Under the pieces are notes generated by a model. The model made no database searches and had not been told where the DNA came from. It saw only the letters and a program-made list of their open reading frames with translations. A stretch of 64,000 nucleotides of DNA, taken from Gracilinanus agilis. Its lineage: Eukaryota. The stretch lies in assembly GCF_016433145.1 (NCBI RefSeq), contig NC_058132.1:88677392-88741391 (forward strand), in the 5' to 3' direction. Shown one piece after another: positions 35,362 through 49,234 of this stretch (its first letter is position 1; each line of letters begins with the position of its first letter). Position numbers and translations under genes: made by a program.

Positions 35362-36152
35362 TAGTATTAAATATGGGAATGACTCAAATACCAGACTGAG
35401 GAGTGATTTCCAAGTCAATGTAGCTGACTTAATCTTTTCTGATATATGTGGAAATCTTTCCAAAATATGTCTCCTATCCTTTAAAAATAGCAAAAAGCAC
35501 ACAATCATGGAATTTATGGGTACATTAACATGACAGGTATACATTATATCATTTAGTCTACTTTGATAATACAATTTTATATCTTAGCTCACATTTAACA
35601 AATATAACACTAAAATCAATCAATTTCATCTATTTGAGCCTTAGTTTCCCTATATTTAAAATAGTGATATTTCTTGTACTATCTACCTCTTACATTTTTA
35701 ATGGAAGAGGGTTTGTGAGCTTAAAGTGCTATATAACTGTGAGGTGTTACTTTTATTTACTAAGGAACCAAAGGGAAATTCTACTGTGTCTCTATTCATC
35801 TTTTTTTTTTTTAAATCTAGCATGGCTTTCCTTGGTAACTACTAATGGGACCAGGGATAAATCATTGCAATTTTAAGGACATGCTGCTACAGTAATTTAG
35901 ATTTTGTCTGGGTTGTATACCTAATAAGGGAACTAGAATTCTCTTCTACCTCTTGAGGGATTTGTTTGGCAGAGTACTAAATATATATTGTGCTGGCATT
36001 CAACTCCCCTGTCCTCTACCAAAGTCTCTGACACATTTTTCCCACAAGTATATACAGCATTTAGGGAAAATGAGCTCAAGTTTAGAACACATGTAACAAT
36101 ATAATTCCAGGAAGTCCCTTTGCCTGGGTCCTAAAGATATTCACTTTGCATC

Positions 36153-36639
36153 TTGTTGTTGTGCAGTTGAATCAGATGTGTCATACTCTTAGTGATCCTA
36201 TTTGGTGTTTTCTTGGCAAAGATACTAGAGCGGTTTGTCATTTCCTTCTTCAGCTCATTTCACAGATGAGAATATTGAGGCAAACAGGGTTAAGTGACTT
36301 GCCTAGGTTACATAGCAAATTAAGTGTCTGAAACCCAATTTGAACTAGTCTTTCTGGCTCCAGGCCCAGAGGTCTATCCACTGAGCCACCTAGCTGCCCT
36401 AAAATTGTTGTTGATGGTGTTTTCATTAGTGTCTGACTCCTTGTCAAGACCCCATTTGGGGTTTTCTTTGCAAAGATACTGGAGTGGTTTATCATTTCCT
36501 TCTTCAAATATTTTTACAGAAGAGGAAACTGAGGCAAACAGGATGAGATGACTTGCTCAGGGGCACACAACTAATAAGTGCCTGAAGCAGTTTGAACTCA
36601 GGAATATGGCATTCTATCCATTGGGCCAGCTAGCTGGCC
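36153..36639 (-). mobile_element. Two tandem MAR1-type SINEs (paralog of 20278-20761)
   Basis: Same two-unit structure as copy 1. Confidence 0.85.
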
Positions 36640-38506
36640 ATTCACTCTAAATAGGGTGAAATTTTTCTGCTAGGCTCATTGTACAACCTTGAATCTGATT
36701 TTCCTTATTTCATCAGGTTTATACTCAGCTCCAAAGGTGTAGACTGCCATCATAAGTTTGTTACAAGAGTAATGGAAGGATGTTGATGAGAAGGTTCAAA
36801 TTTTCTGATTCTCCAAAGTTTATGATGTTCTCTTTTCTATTCTGAGGAGATAGGAAAAGCATGATGGAGACCGAGATAAGACACTTGGCCTCCCTTCAGT
36901 GATTCTTTCTCAGGACCACATGGCTAAAGGCTCTAATACCCTGAAAGATGCTCAGATTTCTCTAATTCCAAATTAGCTCATTAGTTAAAAAAAAGCCCCA
37001 TGGATTATAACAAATCCAAAACAGATTTCCATTTTTAAGTTCACTACAGTTCACTAAATTACAAACATCTAAATTCATGAAGGACTTCCCCACACTTTGT
37101 CTAAAGTTTATGATTGATTGAATAGAGAAGTGTTGCCACCTGTTTGAAGTATTAAGACAGAGCATCATTAAGAGGGGTGGGAGATTTGATTGAGTCAATC
37201 AACCACTCCTTCTACTCTTCCGTCAGTTATTCTGATCTCTTAATAATGTTTCTGTTGATGGATACACACTGAAGCCCAGAATCTGGGAAAGACATTTTCA
37301 ATATTTGAATGCTTTATATGGGGTTTCCTTTTACTTTTCTCACATGATTCTGTATCTTGGATGAGATGAGTTTGAGAGGATCAGTTTTCCCATCCAAATT
37401 CCATCCTTCTAAATAGAAAATATGGATTTAGTCCTAGATGACTGGACAATTTGGGTCACTTATAGAGAAGATTTCTTTGACCTCTTTAGTTTTTCTCCTT
37501 TCTCAATTTTTCTTGGGTATGCTTATCCATACACCTATTCTATCTAGATAATTGTTAGTAATGAATTCATTTGGAATCAAGAATTCTTATTTTGTTACAT
37601 CTCCATTATATCATCTGTTCTCCCCATTTATAGTCAAAGATGTTCTCAAACACCTCAACTTTTAAATGAGAAAGACTTTTGCCCAGTCCTATGTTTTGGT
37701 TTGTTTGTTTGTTTTTTCGTGAAATGAAAGAAAAAGATAGTAAGAAGGTGGGGCCCAGAATAGGGGAGAAGTTTGTAATCTTTTCATGTTTATAAAGCCA
37801 CCTTTTTCCATAAAATGTTTATGTAAATTCAGCTCTCAATGTAAACATTATATATATATATATATATAATTCCATAATTAATGAATAGTTATGAAGGTTC
37901 TGGATTTCTTATATAACTAGTTCTCATTTTTTGTGAGTAATATTCCTATAAAATAGCATGAAAATAAAAAATACAAATGTCAACACTTTGAACCTATGAG
38001 AAATAGGGATTAGATTTCTATAACCACCAAAAATTTTACTTTTTTGCTAGAGATTGCTAAAAAATACTTTAAAGCATATAATTTTTGTAACAAAACATTT
38101 ACTCTGATAATGTGTATGTCTCTTAATACAGTAAACAATGAAATAACGATAAAATATAGAATACAAAATAAAATCTGTAACATTCAAAACATTTTTTCCT
38201 CCTAATAATTCCCTACAATTCTGTGACCATTGGTGGTAACATTTCAATTTTTAAAAACCTGTTGGTGGATGGCATTAATAATCATGAAGGATTCACCTCA
38301 TTCATATGAAATTCAGTATGTCAAGGAATATCTGACTCTTCATGCTCCCAGCAACTGTGAAGAAAATCACGAGAACACAAAGAGTCAGATGTGACTGAAA
38401 TTACTCAACAAAAACAACTTTTAACATAACAGTCATTATTTTTTCCTTGACATATTGAATTTCTAAATGAATGAGGTGGGGCCTAGGTCTTAAACTAGGG
38501 AATTGT

Positions 38507-38703
38507 ATCATGCTTTTCCCTGAGAAATGCGGAGATGAGATAAATATCCCAGGGGATCAGCACTAGAGGCCAGTGGTTAATGGGAGCCTACATAAATTTT
38601 CTCCTCCTTCCATTCTGACCATGAAAAAGAAGCAAAAGAAACTGGAGATTCTCATACTGGGACCAAAGAAGAGTAGGATCATATAGGGTGAGTTAACTAA
38701 TGC
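38507..38703 (+). promoter_or_regulatory. Candidate OR promoter motifs upstream of OR51V copy 2
   Basis: ATCCCAGGGGAT (EBF/OE palindrome TCCCNNGGGA at 38547-56), TCCCTGAGAA at about 38517, TAATGG at about 38578. Confidence 0.4.
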
Positions 38704-39290
38704 AATTTTAGGAAGCACCAAAAATAAGAGAGAGATCTTGGGGAAAGAAAACAAACCACTCAAAGGTGGAATGAACTCCCTCTGTGGAAGACATCTTATG
38801 GATATCCAAATATTCTAAATGCACTGAAGAGAAGAACTACTTCTATTTCCATGTAGCTTAATTGAATCTTCCAAGCTGCCCCATCCTTTATAGCATCAGA
38901 GAAAAATCCCTGGTATCCCTGATACCAAGACAGCTCTAAACTCTGTAGTGAAGTCTCACAACTGCCCTCTTCAAGTATCTTTGTTGTTTCTGTTGTTGTT
39001 TTTATTATCTCATGCCCAGAATGAGAATTTGAGGCATTGAACTCTTGGATATATAAAAAGCAACAATACCCTTGTCCAGTCAGAGAGTGACATGGCTGTT
39101 TTCCTTTGTAAAATAAAATATATCTGATAAAGCTGCTTAATTATGTCACCTCAGACATCTTTCAGGAAGAACTATGTGTGTTATTCTAAAATTATAGGAC
39201 AAGGGTGGTTTTAAATTGAAGATTTTAAATTGTTTAAATTTGACATGGACGTAGTCCTTGATTTTACTTAAAAAAGAGAATCCTGTACTC

Positions 39291-40235
39291 ATGTCTACTC
39301 AACCTGGGTTCAACATTAGTTCCTCCATGTTCCTCCTCACAGGCTTCCCTGGCCTGGAACATTTGTATGTGTGGATTGCTATTCCCTTCTCCTCCATTTA
39401 TGCCATGGTTCTCCTTGGGAATTGCATGATTCTCCATGTGATCCGGACTGAACAGAGTCTGCATGAGCCCATGTTCTACTTCCTAGCTATGCTGGCCCTC
39501 ACCGACTTATGCATGGGGATTTCCACTGTGCACACAGTCCTGGGGATCCTGTGGGGGTTCAGTGACAAGATCAGTTTGGATGCCTGTATTGGCCAGTCTT
39601 TCTTCATTCATAGTCTTTCCTTTATGGAATCTTCTGTCCTACTCACCATGTCCTTCGATCGTTACATTGCAATCTGCAACCCACTACGCTACTCCTCTAT
39701 CCTGACTGATGCCAGGATAATCAAGATTGGGATAGCCATTATAATTAGGAGCTTCTTATTTACAATTCCTGCTATCATCCGTCTAAAGATTTTCAATTAC
39801 TGCCGGCCCCATGTTCTCTCTCATTCCTTCTGTCTCCATCAGGACCTCCTCAGGCTGACCTGCTCTGACATTCGCTTTAACAGCTTCTATGCATTGGGGC
39901 TAGTCATTTGTACATTAATGTTAGACTCTGTCCTCATCCTCATCTCCTATGTTCTAATCCTGAAATCTGTCTTAGCAATTGCATCTCGGGGTGAAAGACT
40001 CAAATCTTTTCAGACTTGTATCTCTCATATCTGTGCTGTCCTTGTCTTTTATATTCCCATCATCAGTCTAACTATGGTACACCGTTTTGGCAAGCACCTC
40101 TCCCCTATAGTGCATGTCCTTATGGGTAATATTTATATTCTTTTTCCACCCTTGATGAACCCAATTATCTACAGTGTCAAAACCCAGCAGATCCGAAGCA
40201 GGATACAGAGACTCTTCTCAGGACAAAGATACTGA
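39291..40235 (+). CDS. OR51V1: Class I olfactory receptor OR51V1-like, paralog B, 314 aa, intact
   Basis: Same motifs as paralog A, with 20 nt differences. The track ORF begins at an upstream TTG (39258); the ATG is 39291. Confidence 0.96.
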   Translation: MSTQPGFNISSSMFLLTGFPGLEHLYVWIAIPFSSIYAMVLLGNCMILHVIRTEQSLHEPMFYFLAMLALTDLCMGISTVHTVLGILWGFSDKISLDACIGQSFFIHSLSFMESSVLLTMSFDRYIAICNPLRYSSILTDARIIKIGIAIIIRSFLFTIPAIIRLKIFNYCRPHVLSHSFCLHQDLLRLTCSDIRFNSFYALGLVICTLMLDSVLILISYVLILKSVLAIASRGERLKSFQTCISHICAVLVFYIPIISLTMVHRFGKHLSPIVHVLMGNIYILFPPLMNPIIYSVKTQQIRSRIQRLFSGQRY

Positions 40236-42761
40236 GTCACTCCAAGGCTATGTGAAGATAAAATTTAAAATATATATTGTTCGTTTCAATTTTCTAGATT
40301 TTTGGGGTAGTAATTGTAGTAGGAAAGATACTGTCCTGAACATTTAGCTCTTCCTTTGTCTATGGAACAAATAAATTACTTAATGGACGTAAGGAATTTG
40401 CTTCAACAGAATCATCAAATTAGCAAGTCTCCCATAAAAGAGTGAATGCTAAGACACATAAGACCTCTGAAATAATCTTCTGAGGGAAATATGTCATTGT
40501 AGAATCAATGGATGTTCAGGTCACTTAGATGGAGTGACCACAAGCATGAATGACTGTTGAAATGTTTTAAATATGTTCTGACTCTAGCTTTCAGCATTTT
40601 GGATGACCCTTATGGAGGGCCTTTAAACTACTTGACATAGCCCAAGGCATACTAGCATATACTCAATAAATATTTGCTTAATACTATTGAACCTGAAAGT
40701 ATTATAAATTCTTTAAATGGTTACTCCAAATGAACACTAAAAAAAAGTAAATCATCTATACTTCATTTACTAGTTATATCAGGCTTCATTTTGTTTCCCA
40801 AGTGTGTTGTCATCATCAGCCATAAGGAAAATATCACACACTGAGAACAAGAATATCCCCATCATCACCTCTGCAGAGCTCGTAACCCTTTATAGCCCAG
40901 AAAAGTTACATGACACATATCTCTGCCTCTAAGTCTATGGTCTCCTCCAGATAGTGTAAGGGAATTCCATGGGTGAAAGCTACTGTACATAAAGAAATCC
41001 TGATTTATCATTTTTACAGAGAATAAAGCAATGGGCTCTTTCAATTAAAAAAAATGGGTATACACTCTGCCCTTGCTTAACTGCTCTTATTGGCAGGGTT
41101 TTCTCCCTCTCCTCAGGGAGAGGTATGTCTTGAAAGGAATAGTGTAAACTTCTCTCTGCTCTTATACCAAGTCACATCACAATGCCCTTTTTAAACTCTG
41201 GCACATTATTGAGTTCTGTATTGGAACCTTCCAAATTTAATTCTTAGTTCTGTTCTTCTTCTATAAGATAGGGCAATATTCACATGTGTCCATTCAAATT
41301 TCCTAATGCAGTACTTAGTGGAAAAAACTCTTATGATATTGAGCATTTACAATTTTTGTCTGTTGGAGAGATTTTAACCTTGCCAAGGACTATATCCATT
41401 CCTTTTCTTTCTCTTATGTCTCCCACTAAAGACAATTTTTTCTCTCTGAGAGAAATACCTGTTAGAAAACAGCACCTATTTTATGGCATATTCTCCTGAA
41501 GGTGATTACACAAATATGTATATATGACTTTGGAAAATTTTAATAATGTAAGGAGAAATTAGTACTTAGAGAGATGTTAATGCCAAAAATGCATCTATAG
41601 TGACAAGTATGAAAGAATACATTTTTCAATAAGATAAATGGGAGAATTTTCATTGCTCAACTATGCATATTTTAAGAAGAGTTTTATTTTCTCTAATTGT
41701 CAATGACATGACAAGAGGGAGAAAAATAGAAAATATGTGTTAAATAGTTGAAAAAAAGTGAAAAAGGATATGAATTAAAGGGAAGAATGGAGATAAAAAA
41801 TGTGGCAGAGAGAAAAAGAGATGTTATGTGAAAAATTAAAAGCAAATGGAGGAAAAGTAGGAGTTTTCAGAAAATGAATGTGCAATTGATGCATAATATG
41901 AAGTAAACAAAGATCAAGAACTTATTGAATGTGATCTTAGCTTCAGGTAGTAGTATAACTATAATAGTTATTAGTCACAGCAGCCAAGATCTCAAAGTAA
42001 GGAATGTTCCAAGCTTACCCAAACACACCTCCAAACAACCACAAAAGAAAAAAAATTCTAGTGATAATTTAAAGTGGGTTAAATTGATTGAATTAATATG
42101 CAAAGTACTAATTAAGATACCTAAAATATTTATGATACCTGAAGAACCTTAGACACCTTATTTACTTAGGATACTTAAGGTATGGAAGAAACTTGAGAAT
42201 TTTATTAATACAGTGAATAAGAACATACATAGCAGAGACAATAGAGTAGGATGGATATAAGGAGAACCAACAAAAAATGAAAAATGAAATCAAAGATTAG
42301 AAAAAAGAAAACACTGGGAGAAATGAAAAGGAAAGAAAATTGGGAGTAAACTATCTCACATGAGGATGTCAATAAGAATCAATACACTGGAGGGTAAAAG
42401 AGGTGGATAATTCTTGGACTTTATTCTCATAGGAATTTTCACCAAGTAGAAATAACATCCACATGCAGTTAGGCATTGAGACTCTTTTTAGACCTAAATT
42501 GGAGAAAGAAAGAGAAAGAATAAGAAAAGAGGAAGATGGATAAAAGGGAGAAGAGATTGGGCAGGTGGTGGTCAGAAGTGAAAATATTTGTGAACAATGA
42601 AAGACAGGGAGATGAGGAAGTCAAAGATAAACAGGGTTTAAATAAAATCAAGGGAATGTGAATGGGATGAACTCACCCATAAAGAGGGATAGGATATCTG
42701 GATAGATTAAAAGACAGAATCACACAGTATTCTGTCTACAAGAAATACATTACAAAAAACA

Positions 42762-42951
42762 AAAACCCTTACCTTGCATATAAGAATCAATAGTATATAT
42801 TGGTTCGAAGGCAGAAGAGAGACAAAGACTTGGCAATGGGTGTGATTAAGTGACTTGCCTAGAGTCACACAGCTAGGAAGTGTATGAGGTCAAAATTGTA
42901 TCCAGGACCTCCTACTTCTAGATCTGGCTTTCAATTGGTTGAGCCACTGCC
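42762..42951 (-). mobile_element. Older SINE1_Mdo shared by both copies
   Basis: Paralog of 29205-29395. Confidence 0.85.
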
Positions 42952-45900
42952 TACAAAAATAATAATAATAATAGTAATAAAAATAAATATTTAAAGCAAA
43001 GAGATACACACAGAATAAAGGGAGAGGTCTGGAACTGAATTTATTATGCTACAACCAAAGTTTAAAAAAAGCAGAGACAGACTGTAATGGAATACTATTG
43101 CACAATAAGAAATGACAAATAAGATGACCTTCAAAAAACAAACAAACAAAAACCTAGAAAGACTTACCTGAAGCAATGAAAAATGAAGTGAGCAGAACCA
43201 AAACTTTGTACATAGTAACAGCAAACAAAATATGTTGACTAATTATGATTAAAAACTATTATCAGCAATGCCAGGATGCAGATCAACTCCAAGGACTGAG
43301 GACAAAAGAAAACTATCTACTGCTATAGAAGGAAATGAATGTAGACTGAAGCATGCTGTCCTTCATGTAATTTCCTCTAAGTATTTTTCTCCAGTGTAAG
43401 CAATAGGTATCTTTTTTCACAGCATGATGAACATAGAAATGTGTATTATAAAATAAAATATATACAGACATAATCTAGAAAATATTTTAAATGTAAAAAT
43501 AAAATGGACAAAATTTTTAAAAAGGAATTAACCACATGCCTCTCTTTGACTGTTACATATTATTTTGGAAATAAAATTGCATAATCATATAACCCCAATG
43601 AAGAAAGCGGATTCAGATTTTATTTCATTTTAATATGCACTCTACTCTGGTTAGTCATTTAGTCTTCTTTTTTATATCTAATTGAGAACAATTTTTCATT
43701 ATATTGAAAGCAAAGTATATTCCCTATACCTTTAGATTTCTCCTACTAGCTTCTATGATCAGGCAGAAGAAATATTATTTTTTTATTAAAGGTAAGATTT
43801 TCCTCTATCTGAAAAATCATTTGGGAAAAATATACCTAATTTCCCTGATTGATAATCATGTAGTCTGGTTTCTAGTTCTTTCCTTGGCATATACACCAAT
43901 GTCAATACTAAAATTGTTAAAGGGACTTAGAAGGATAACAATATAGGTAATCCTTCATTAGTATATATCAAAGGAAATGAATGGGATCAATTAGTCCAAG
44001 CCTTAATTATACAAATGATAACCTTGACAGTGAGGAAGGAAAGTGACTTGGTTGAAAACACATGAGTGGTAAGCTGCATAATCAAATTTCAAATCTATGT
44101 CTTTTGACTCCAAACCTAAACTCTATCTGCTATATCATGCTGAGGAATTTGTTATGGGAAAATCTAATTATTTATCATATGGTTTGAATATAGCTCTGTG
44201 TATCTAGATATTGCTTAATCTAGAATTTGTGTAAAGGAGCCAGAGAATGCTATTGGATCTCCTCTCCTCCCCATGTCTTGTTTTAGTTCCTTATCATAGG
44301 CTTGTGTTTAAGACTTAGCCCAAGTTTCATGAAATATTTAGATTTACCTGGGATTATACATATCAAGAAACCCACATGCTCTTTTTGGGAAACTATAGGC
44401 ATATCACTTTGTTTCTTGTTCTTCTATCCTTGTTTGAACCATATATAATGTAAAATTCACAAAGGCTTAGGTAGAGCTCAGCTATGCATATTTTCTGTCT
44501 CTTTTCTTGGATGTACAGATTAATAAAATTCATTCTAAAATCCTTTTGGAGTTTTGGTTTTATTCTTAAACAGTACTGGGAATTTTCTTCCAAAATTCTT
44601 TAAAAGATTTGACTTCTTGTTTTCCATATGGGCCATCTTTGTATATGAGAAGATATGTTTAGTTATGTTAGTATTTTATACCTGTGGAGTGGTGAGTTTT
44701 TTGTAAACACTTTTCTAAGTGTAACTGAATCTAAATCAATTCTAGGATATGTTTAAGACAGTTTACCATAGTCCCAGGTACACCCTTAGTGATCACAACC
44801 TTTTAAAACATAATATTTTTCTAATATTCTTTGACTATATATACTGAAAAGCCACATTAGGTCCCTGTGTCTCTTGTCTTTCTCTGTCATTCTCTTTTTC
44901 TGTCCTTGTCTCTGCCTTTCTCTCTGTGTCTCCTCCCTCTTTTTGAGCTTGTCTCTCTCCTAATGAATCAATAAATTTTATTTTAAATATTATACAAAAG
45001 AAGGGAAGGGAAGTTGGAGTAAATTTCTGTCCCAAGGAAGTGAAGTATTTCAGGAGAGGAAAAGGGAATGTTTAGGTTTAAGTAGAAGAAAGATGAGGAA
45101 TTAGGATATAGAGACCCCTGGATTCAGAGAATCAGATAAAAGAGGGACAGATATAAGGGATTTTTTTTCTAAATAAACTGAGCAGTCCAAATTAGAACAT
45201 GATGTCTTTTGAAAAAATAGATTGGCCTTTAGGTAGGTTATCTTTGAATAAGCCTTTATTGCAGAAAGTTCTTCTAAAATTAAAAAAAAATCTACTTAAC
45301 TACTGTTCAGTATGGTGTAGAGTAAATTCTCGATCAGGTATGGCCTATAAGAGGTTATAGCCTTTGAATAACAGTAATATAATAGGATGATAAAATATGA
45401 ATTACTTATCTATTCTCAGCAGAATAATGATCCAAGACAATTTCAAGGACTCCTTATGAAAAACATTATATAACTCAAAAGAAAGAACTTATGCAGTCTG
45501 AATTTGATGGAGTCTGAATTCAGATCAAAGTAAACTATTTTTCATTTTTTATTTATGGATTTTTATATGTCTTTTACAACATTACTAATATGGGAATCTG
45601 TTTTATATGATAGTATAAGTATAGTCTTAATCAAATTGCTTTACTGTTTCATGAAGGAGGGAAGAAATGAAGGGAGAGAATTAAGATATCAAAACTTTAT
45701 AAAATGAATATTTAAAATTATTTTTAAATGTACATGGGGAAAATATTATTGAAAAGAAGAAGCGATCTTTGAATTTCCATTTAAGTCAGATTCCATGATA
45801 CCACTTCCCTGAATATCTTCCATTTCCACTAATGAAAATCTGATGCTATTTTCTTTGTTACCACCTTCTCTGAATTTATCTGAATTTTTCCATTCATGAT

Positions 45901-46119
45901 ATTATTTACTCCTCAAAAGTTAAATTACTGGTAACATGCTAAGAACGTCTTATACTAACCATTCTTGTATTATTATTTTGTTGGTCCTTTGAAATTATAA
46001 CTCTTGAGATTTAGAGGCAACAGTTCAAAAAGATACAGTCTAAATGTGAGAATACATCTCTCAGAAATGTGATTTTAGGGAATACTGAGTAGAATTTTTA
46101 CAATGTGTAGAAAAAGAAC

Positions 46120-47350
46120 CAATTAAAAGCTCTCAGTTAAACACCAAATTAGAAATCATGAAAATCAAAGGAGAAATTAATAAAATTGAGAGTAAGAAAA
46201 TTATTTCACTAAGACAAGAAGTTGGTTTTATGAAAAATAAATAAAATTGATAAACAACTGATCAATATGATAAAAAATAAGGCAGACAAAAATGAAAATA
46301 TCAATATAAAAAATGAAAAGGACAAGATTCCAAACAATGGAGAGAAAATTAAAATAGTTATTAAGATTATTTCACCAATTATATAACAACAATTCTGATA
46401 ATCTAAGTGAAATAGATGAATACTCAAACAACTATAAATTGCCAAGATTATCAGAAGAAGAAACTGGATACTTAAACTATCCCATCTCAGAAAAAAAAAT
46501 TTGAATGAGTCATCAATGAACTATCTAGGGAAAAGCTCATGGGCAAGACAAATTCATAAGTGAATTCTACCAAACATTTAAAAAATAATGAATTCCAATA
46601 CTCCATGAACTATTCAGAAAAAAAGCTGAGGGATATGCTCTACCAAATTCCTTTTATGACAGATATGGTAATGATACCTAAACCAGGAAGACCAAAAACA
46701 GAAAGAAAACAATAGACATATCCCTAAAGAATATTGATGGAAAAAAATTTAAACAAAATGCTTACAAGGATCTTGTAGCAAATATATTAAAAAGATCAAA
46801 CACTATGACTAGGTGGGTTTTATACCTGGAATACATGGATGGTTTAATATCAAAAAAAACATCAGCATCAATTTTTTTTTGTGACAGCAAAGAAATAGAA
46901 ATTGAAGGGATGTTCTTCATTTGAAGAATAGCTGAACAAGTCTCAGTATATGCATGTAATGGAATACTATTGTGCCATAAGAAATGGCAGTCAAGATGAT
47001 AATGAGAAAACCTGGGAAGAGTTATATGAAGTAATGTAATGCAAGCAGAACAAGGAGAGTATTGTATGCAGTAACATTAATGCAAATCAACACCACAAAC
47101 CTAGGAGACAATTGAAGAAACAAGCATCCTATTTCCCAAGGTGATGGACTCAGGGTAAAGAATGGGAAACACATATTTGGTATAACCTATGTGTGCATTA
47201 GTTTTTCTTGGCTATACTTCATTATTACAAAGGTTTCTTTCCTTTTTTTAATTTCAGAGGGGAAAGAATTTGAAGGGGAGTGGAGAGATAATATTTTTTT
47301 AAATATGTGTAAAGAGGGCGATCAAAGCATTTAAAAGAAAATACATAGAA
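46120..47350 (+). mobile_element. Old L1 ORF2 fragments and 3' end (paralog of 32720-33990)
   Basis: Collinear with copy 1. Confidence 0.8.
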
Positions 47351-48831
47351 CAACAAGGAAATATAAACTAGCATGGCACCTGTGAAAGTAACAGGTTGAA
47401 CTTATTATAAGGATTTAAAAACTAAGTTTCTAGAATATTGCTAAAAGGTGTCTTCATTTCTGAACTAGCTGCATTCAATTTGTTCTTCTTTTATTTCTTT
47501 ACCATTTGTCCATCAGGAACCTTGCCTCACTTTTTTCATCTTGTGCATGCATGTATGTGTGTGTGTTGTGTATATGTATTATATGTTTGTATATGATTGT
47601 GTTTGTGTTTGTATATGGTCTTTTCTCAGTAGGTTATATGTTACTCAAAGCGGAGACTTTTTTCTTTTTTGTATTTTCATCCCTATTTCCTTATACATAA
47701 TAGATGCTTAATAAATGCTTATCAACTACTAACTTCACAATTTCATATGCAGCTTATCCTATTTAAATTTGAATATGAGAATTCTCTATTTTCAGTAATT
47801 AAGTACATAATAAAAATAATTTTTAAAGGACAGATATGGAATTACTCTTTTTTAAAAATCCTGACAGGGCCAATGGAAATAACAACTCCTGCTTTTCAAA
47901 TGCTTTCATTGACAAATAATTTTAATCTCTACAAACAGATTTTATGCTCATAGTGGAATTAGAAAAAAAGAAAGGTAAGAAACCTAGAGTGTATGATATG
48001 TCATTAAAATATGATAAAGAAGTTGCAGACTTTCTTTCTGTCTTGCTACCACCCAGTACACACTCAAGCCAAAATATCAAAATCTTCTATCCCTGTTGGA
48101 TTTTGTCTTCTCTCTTAATCTCACTCAGCCTCATCAAAATCAATAAAAGTTATCCAGCTTTATTTTGTTTTTAAAATAACAACTGCAAAATATCATGGGA
48201 ACAAAAGTAAGTAAAAGGAATTAGTTAAAGGAATAAAGGAATAAAACTTTTAAGTTCTGGAAGCATTTGGTGGTGTCTGAAAAGAGAAAAAAAAGCCTCT
48301 CTCTTTCCATCATTCCACATTCACCCTCTTCTCCCATTTCCTCTAGATCAGAGGGAAAAGAAGAGATGAAGAAAAAAAATGGATGGGTGAAGGAAGAAAC
48401 AACTCCCTGCTGCTTGCATAGAGTATTTAGAAAGCATTTCTCAGGTTATAATGCTGATATGACTGTAGTCAATCTCTTTACATTGTGGACCATAGCTAGT
48501 GACAGGATAGTACCTTTAGCTATTATACCTATGGCTCTTTAAGACTTACAAATAATTTTTTATGGTATCTTATTAGACTTGCGCAACAACCTTGCAATTC
48601 AAGTAGGTGCTCTTATTATTCCACTTTTACAGTTGAAGTTCAGAGAGTTTATGTATGTTGCCCAGGCTAGTTTAGTGTGTAAATTAAATATCAATGTGAC
48701 CCCAATTCCAGAAAGACTCACCTCATTGGGTAGGGTACCATTTAGTCCTGCGATTTGGATTGCCTACATGGAGATGCAGTTCCTGATCAATGGATGCCCA
48801 TGTGGGTGTTGTGGATCGCTCTAGAACAGGG

Positions 48832-49234
48832 TGTAATGTAAATACTAGCCAATTAGAACCTTTGAGTAGGAGGGATTAAATGAGGTTCAAAAAGCCAGCA
48901 GGAGGAGTGGGGGGAGGCTCTGTTTTGCTTCTCTTCTTGGACCAACCATTCTCTCTCTATTCTATCTCAATCTCATCAGGTCTGGCAATTCTTCCTAGCT
49001 GGGCCAAAGAAATTGTGGTCTATCTGGCTAAGTGATCTCTAATGAGCAGAGGCTTATAGCCCCATTGAACCCACACAACTGAGACCATGGCAACTGGAAC
49101 CTGGAGTCAAAGAGGCATGGCAACACTTGGAGATTTTTAATTATTCTCCTCTTACTTTCTCTCTTTCACTTTTACTAATAAATGAGCATAATTCCATATA
49201 TAATCTCCAAGATTAATTTTAATCATTTATATCA
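48832..49234 (+). mobile_element. LTR-like element within the copy-2-only segment
   Basis: tgtaatgtaaat..ccaat.. start, aataaa near 49178, ends atatCA just before a MIR core. TSD unclear. Confidence 0.4.

Larger units (their letters stand above)
20100..35961 (+). repeat. Tandem segmental duplication, copy 1 (about 15.9 kb)
   Basis: Collinear with 35962-50049 from gcattcaa.cccctgtcctcta (20122 / 35996) to tcttgagggat (35961 / 50049). Confidence 0.97.

Noticed and set aside
39258-39290. 11-aa N-terminal extension of OR51V paralog B
   Set aside because: TTG start, and the paralogous frame in copy 1 has a stop.
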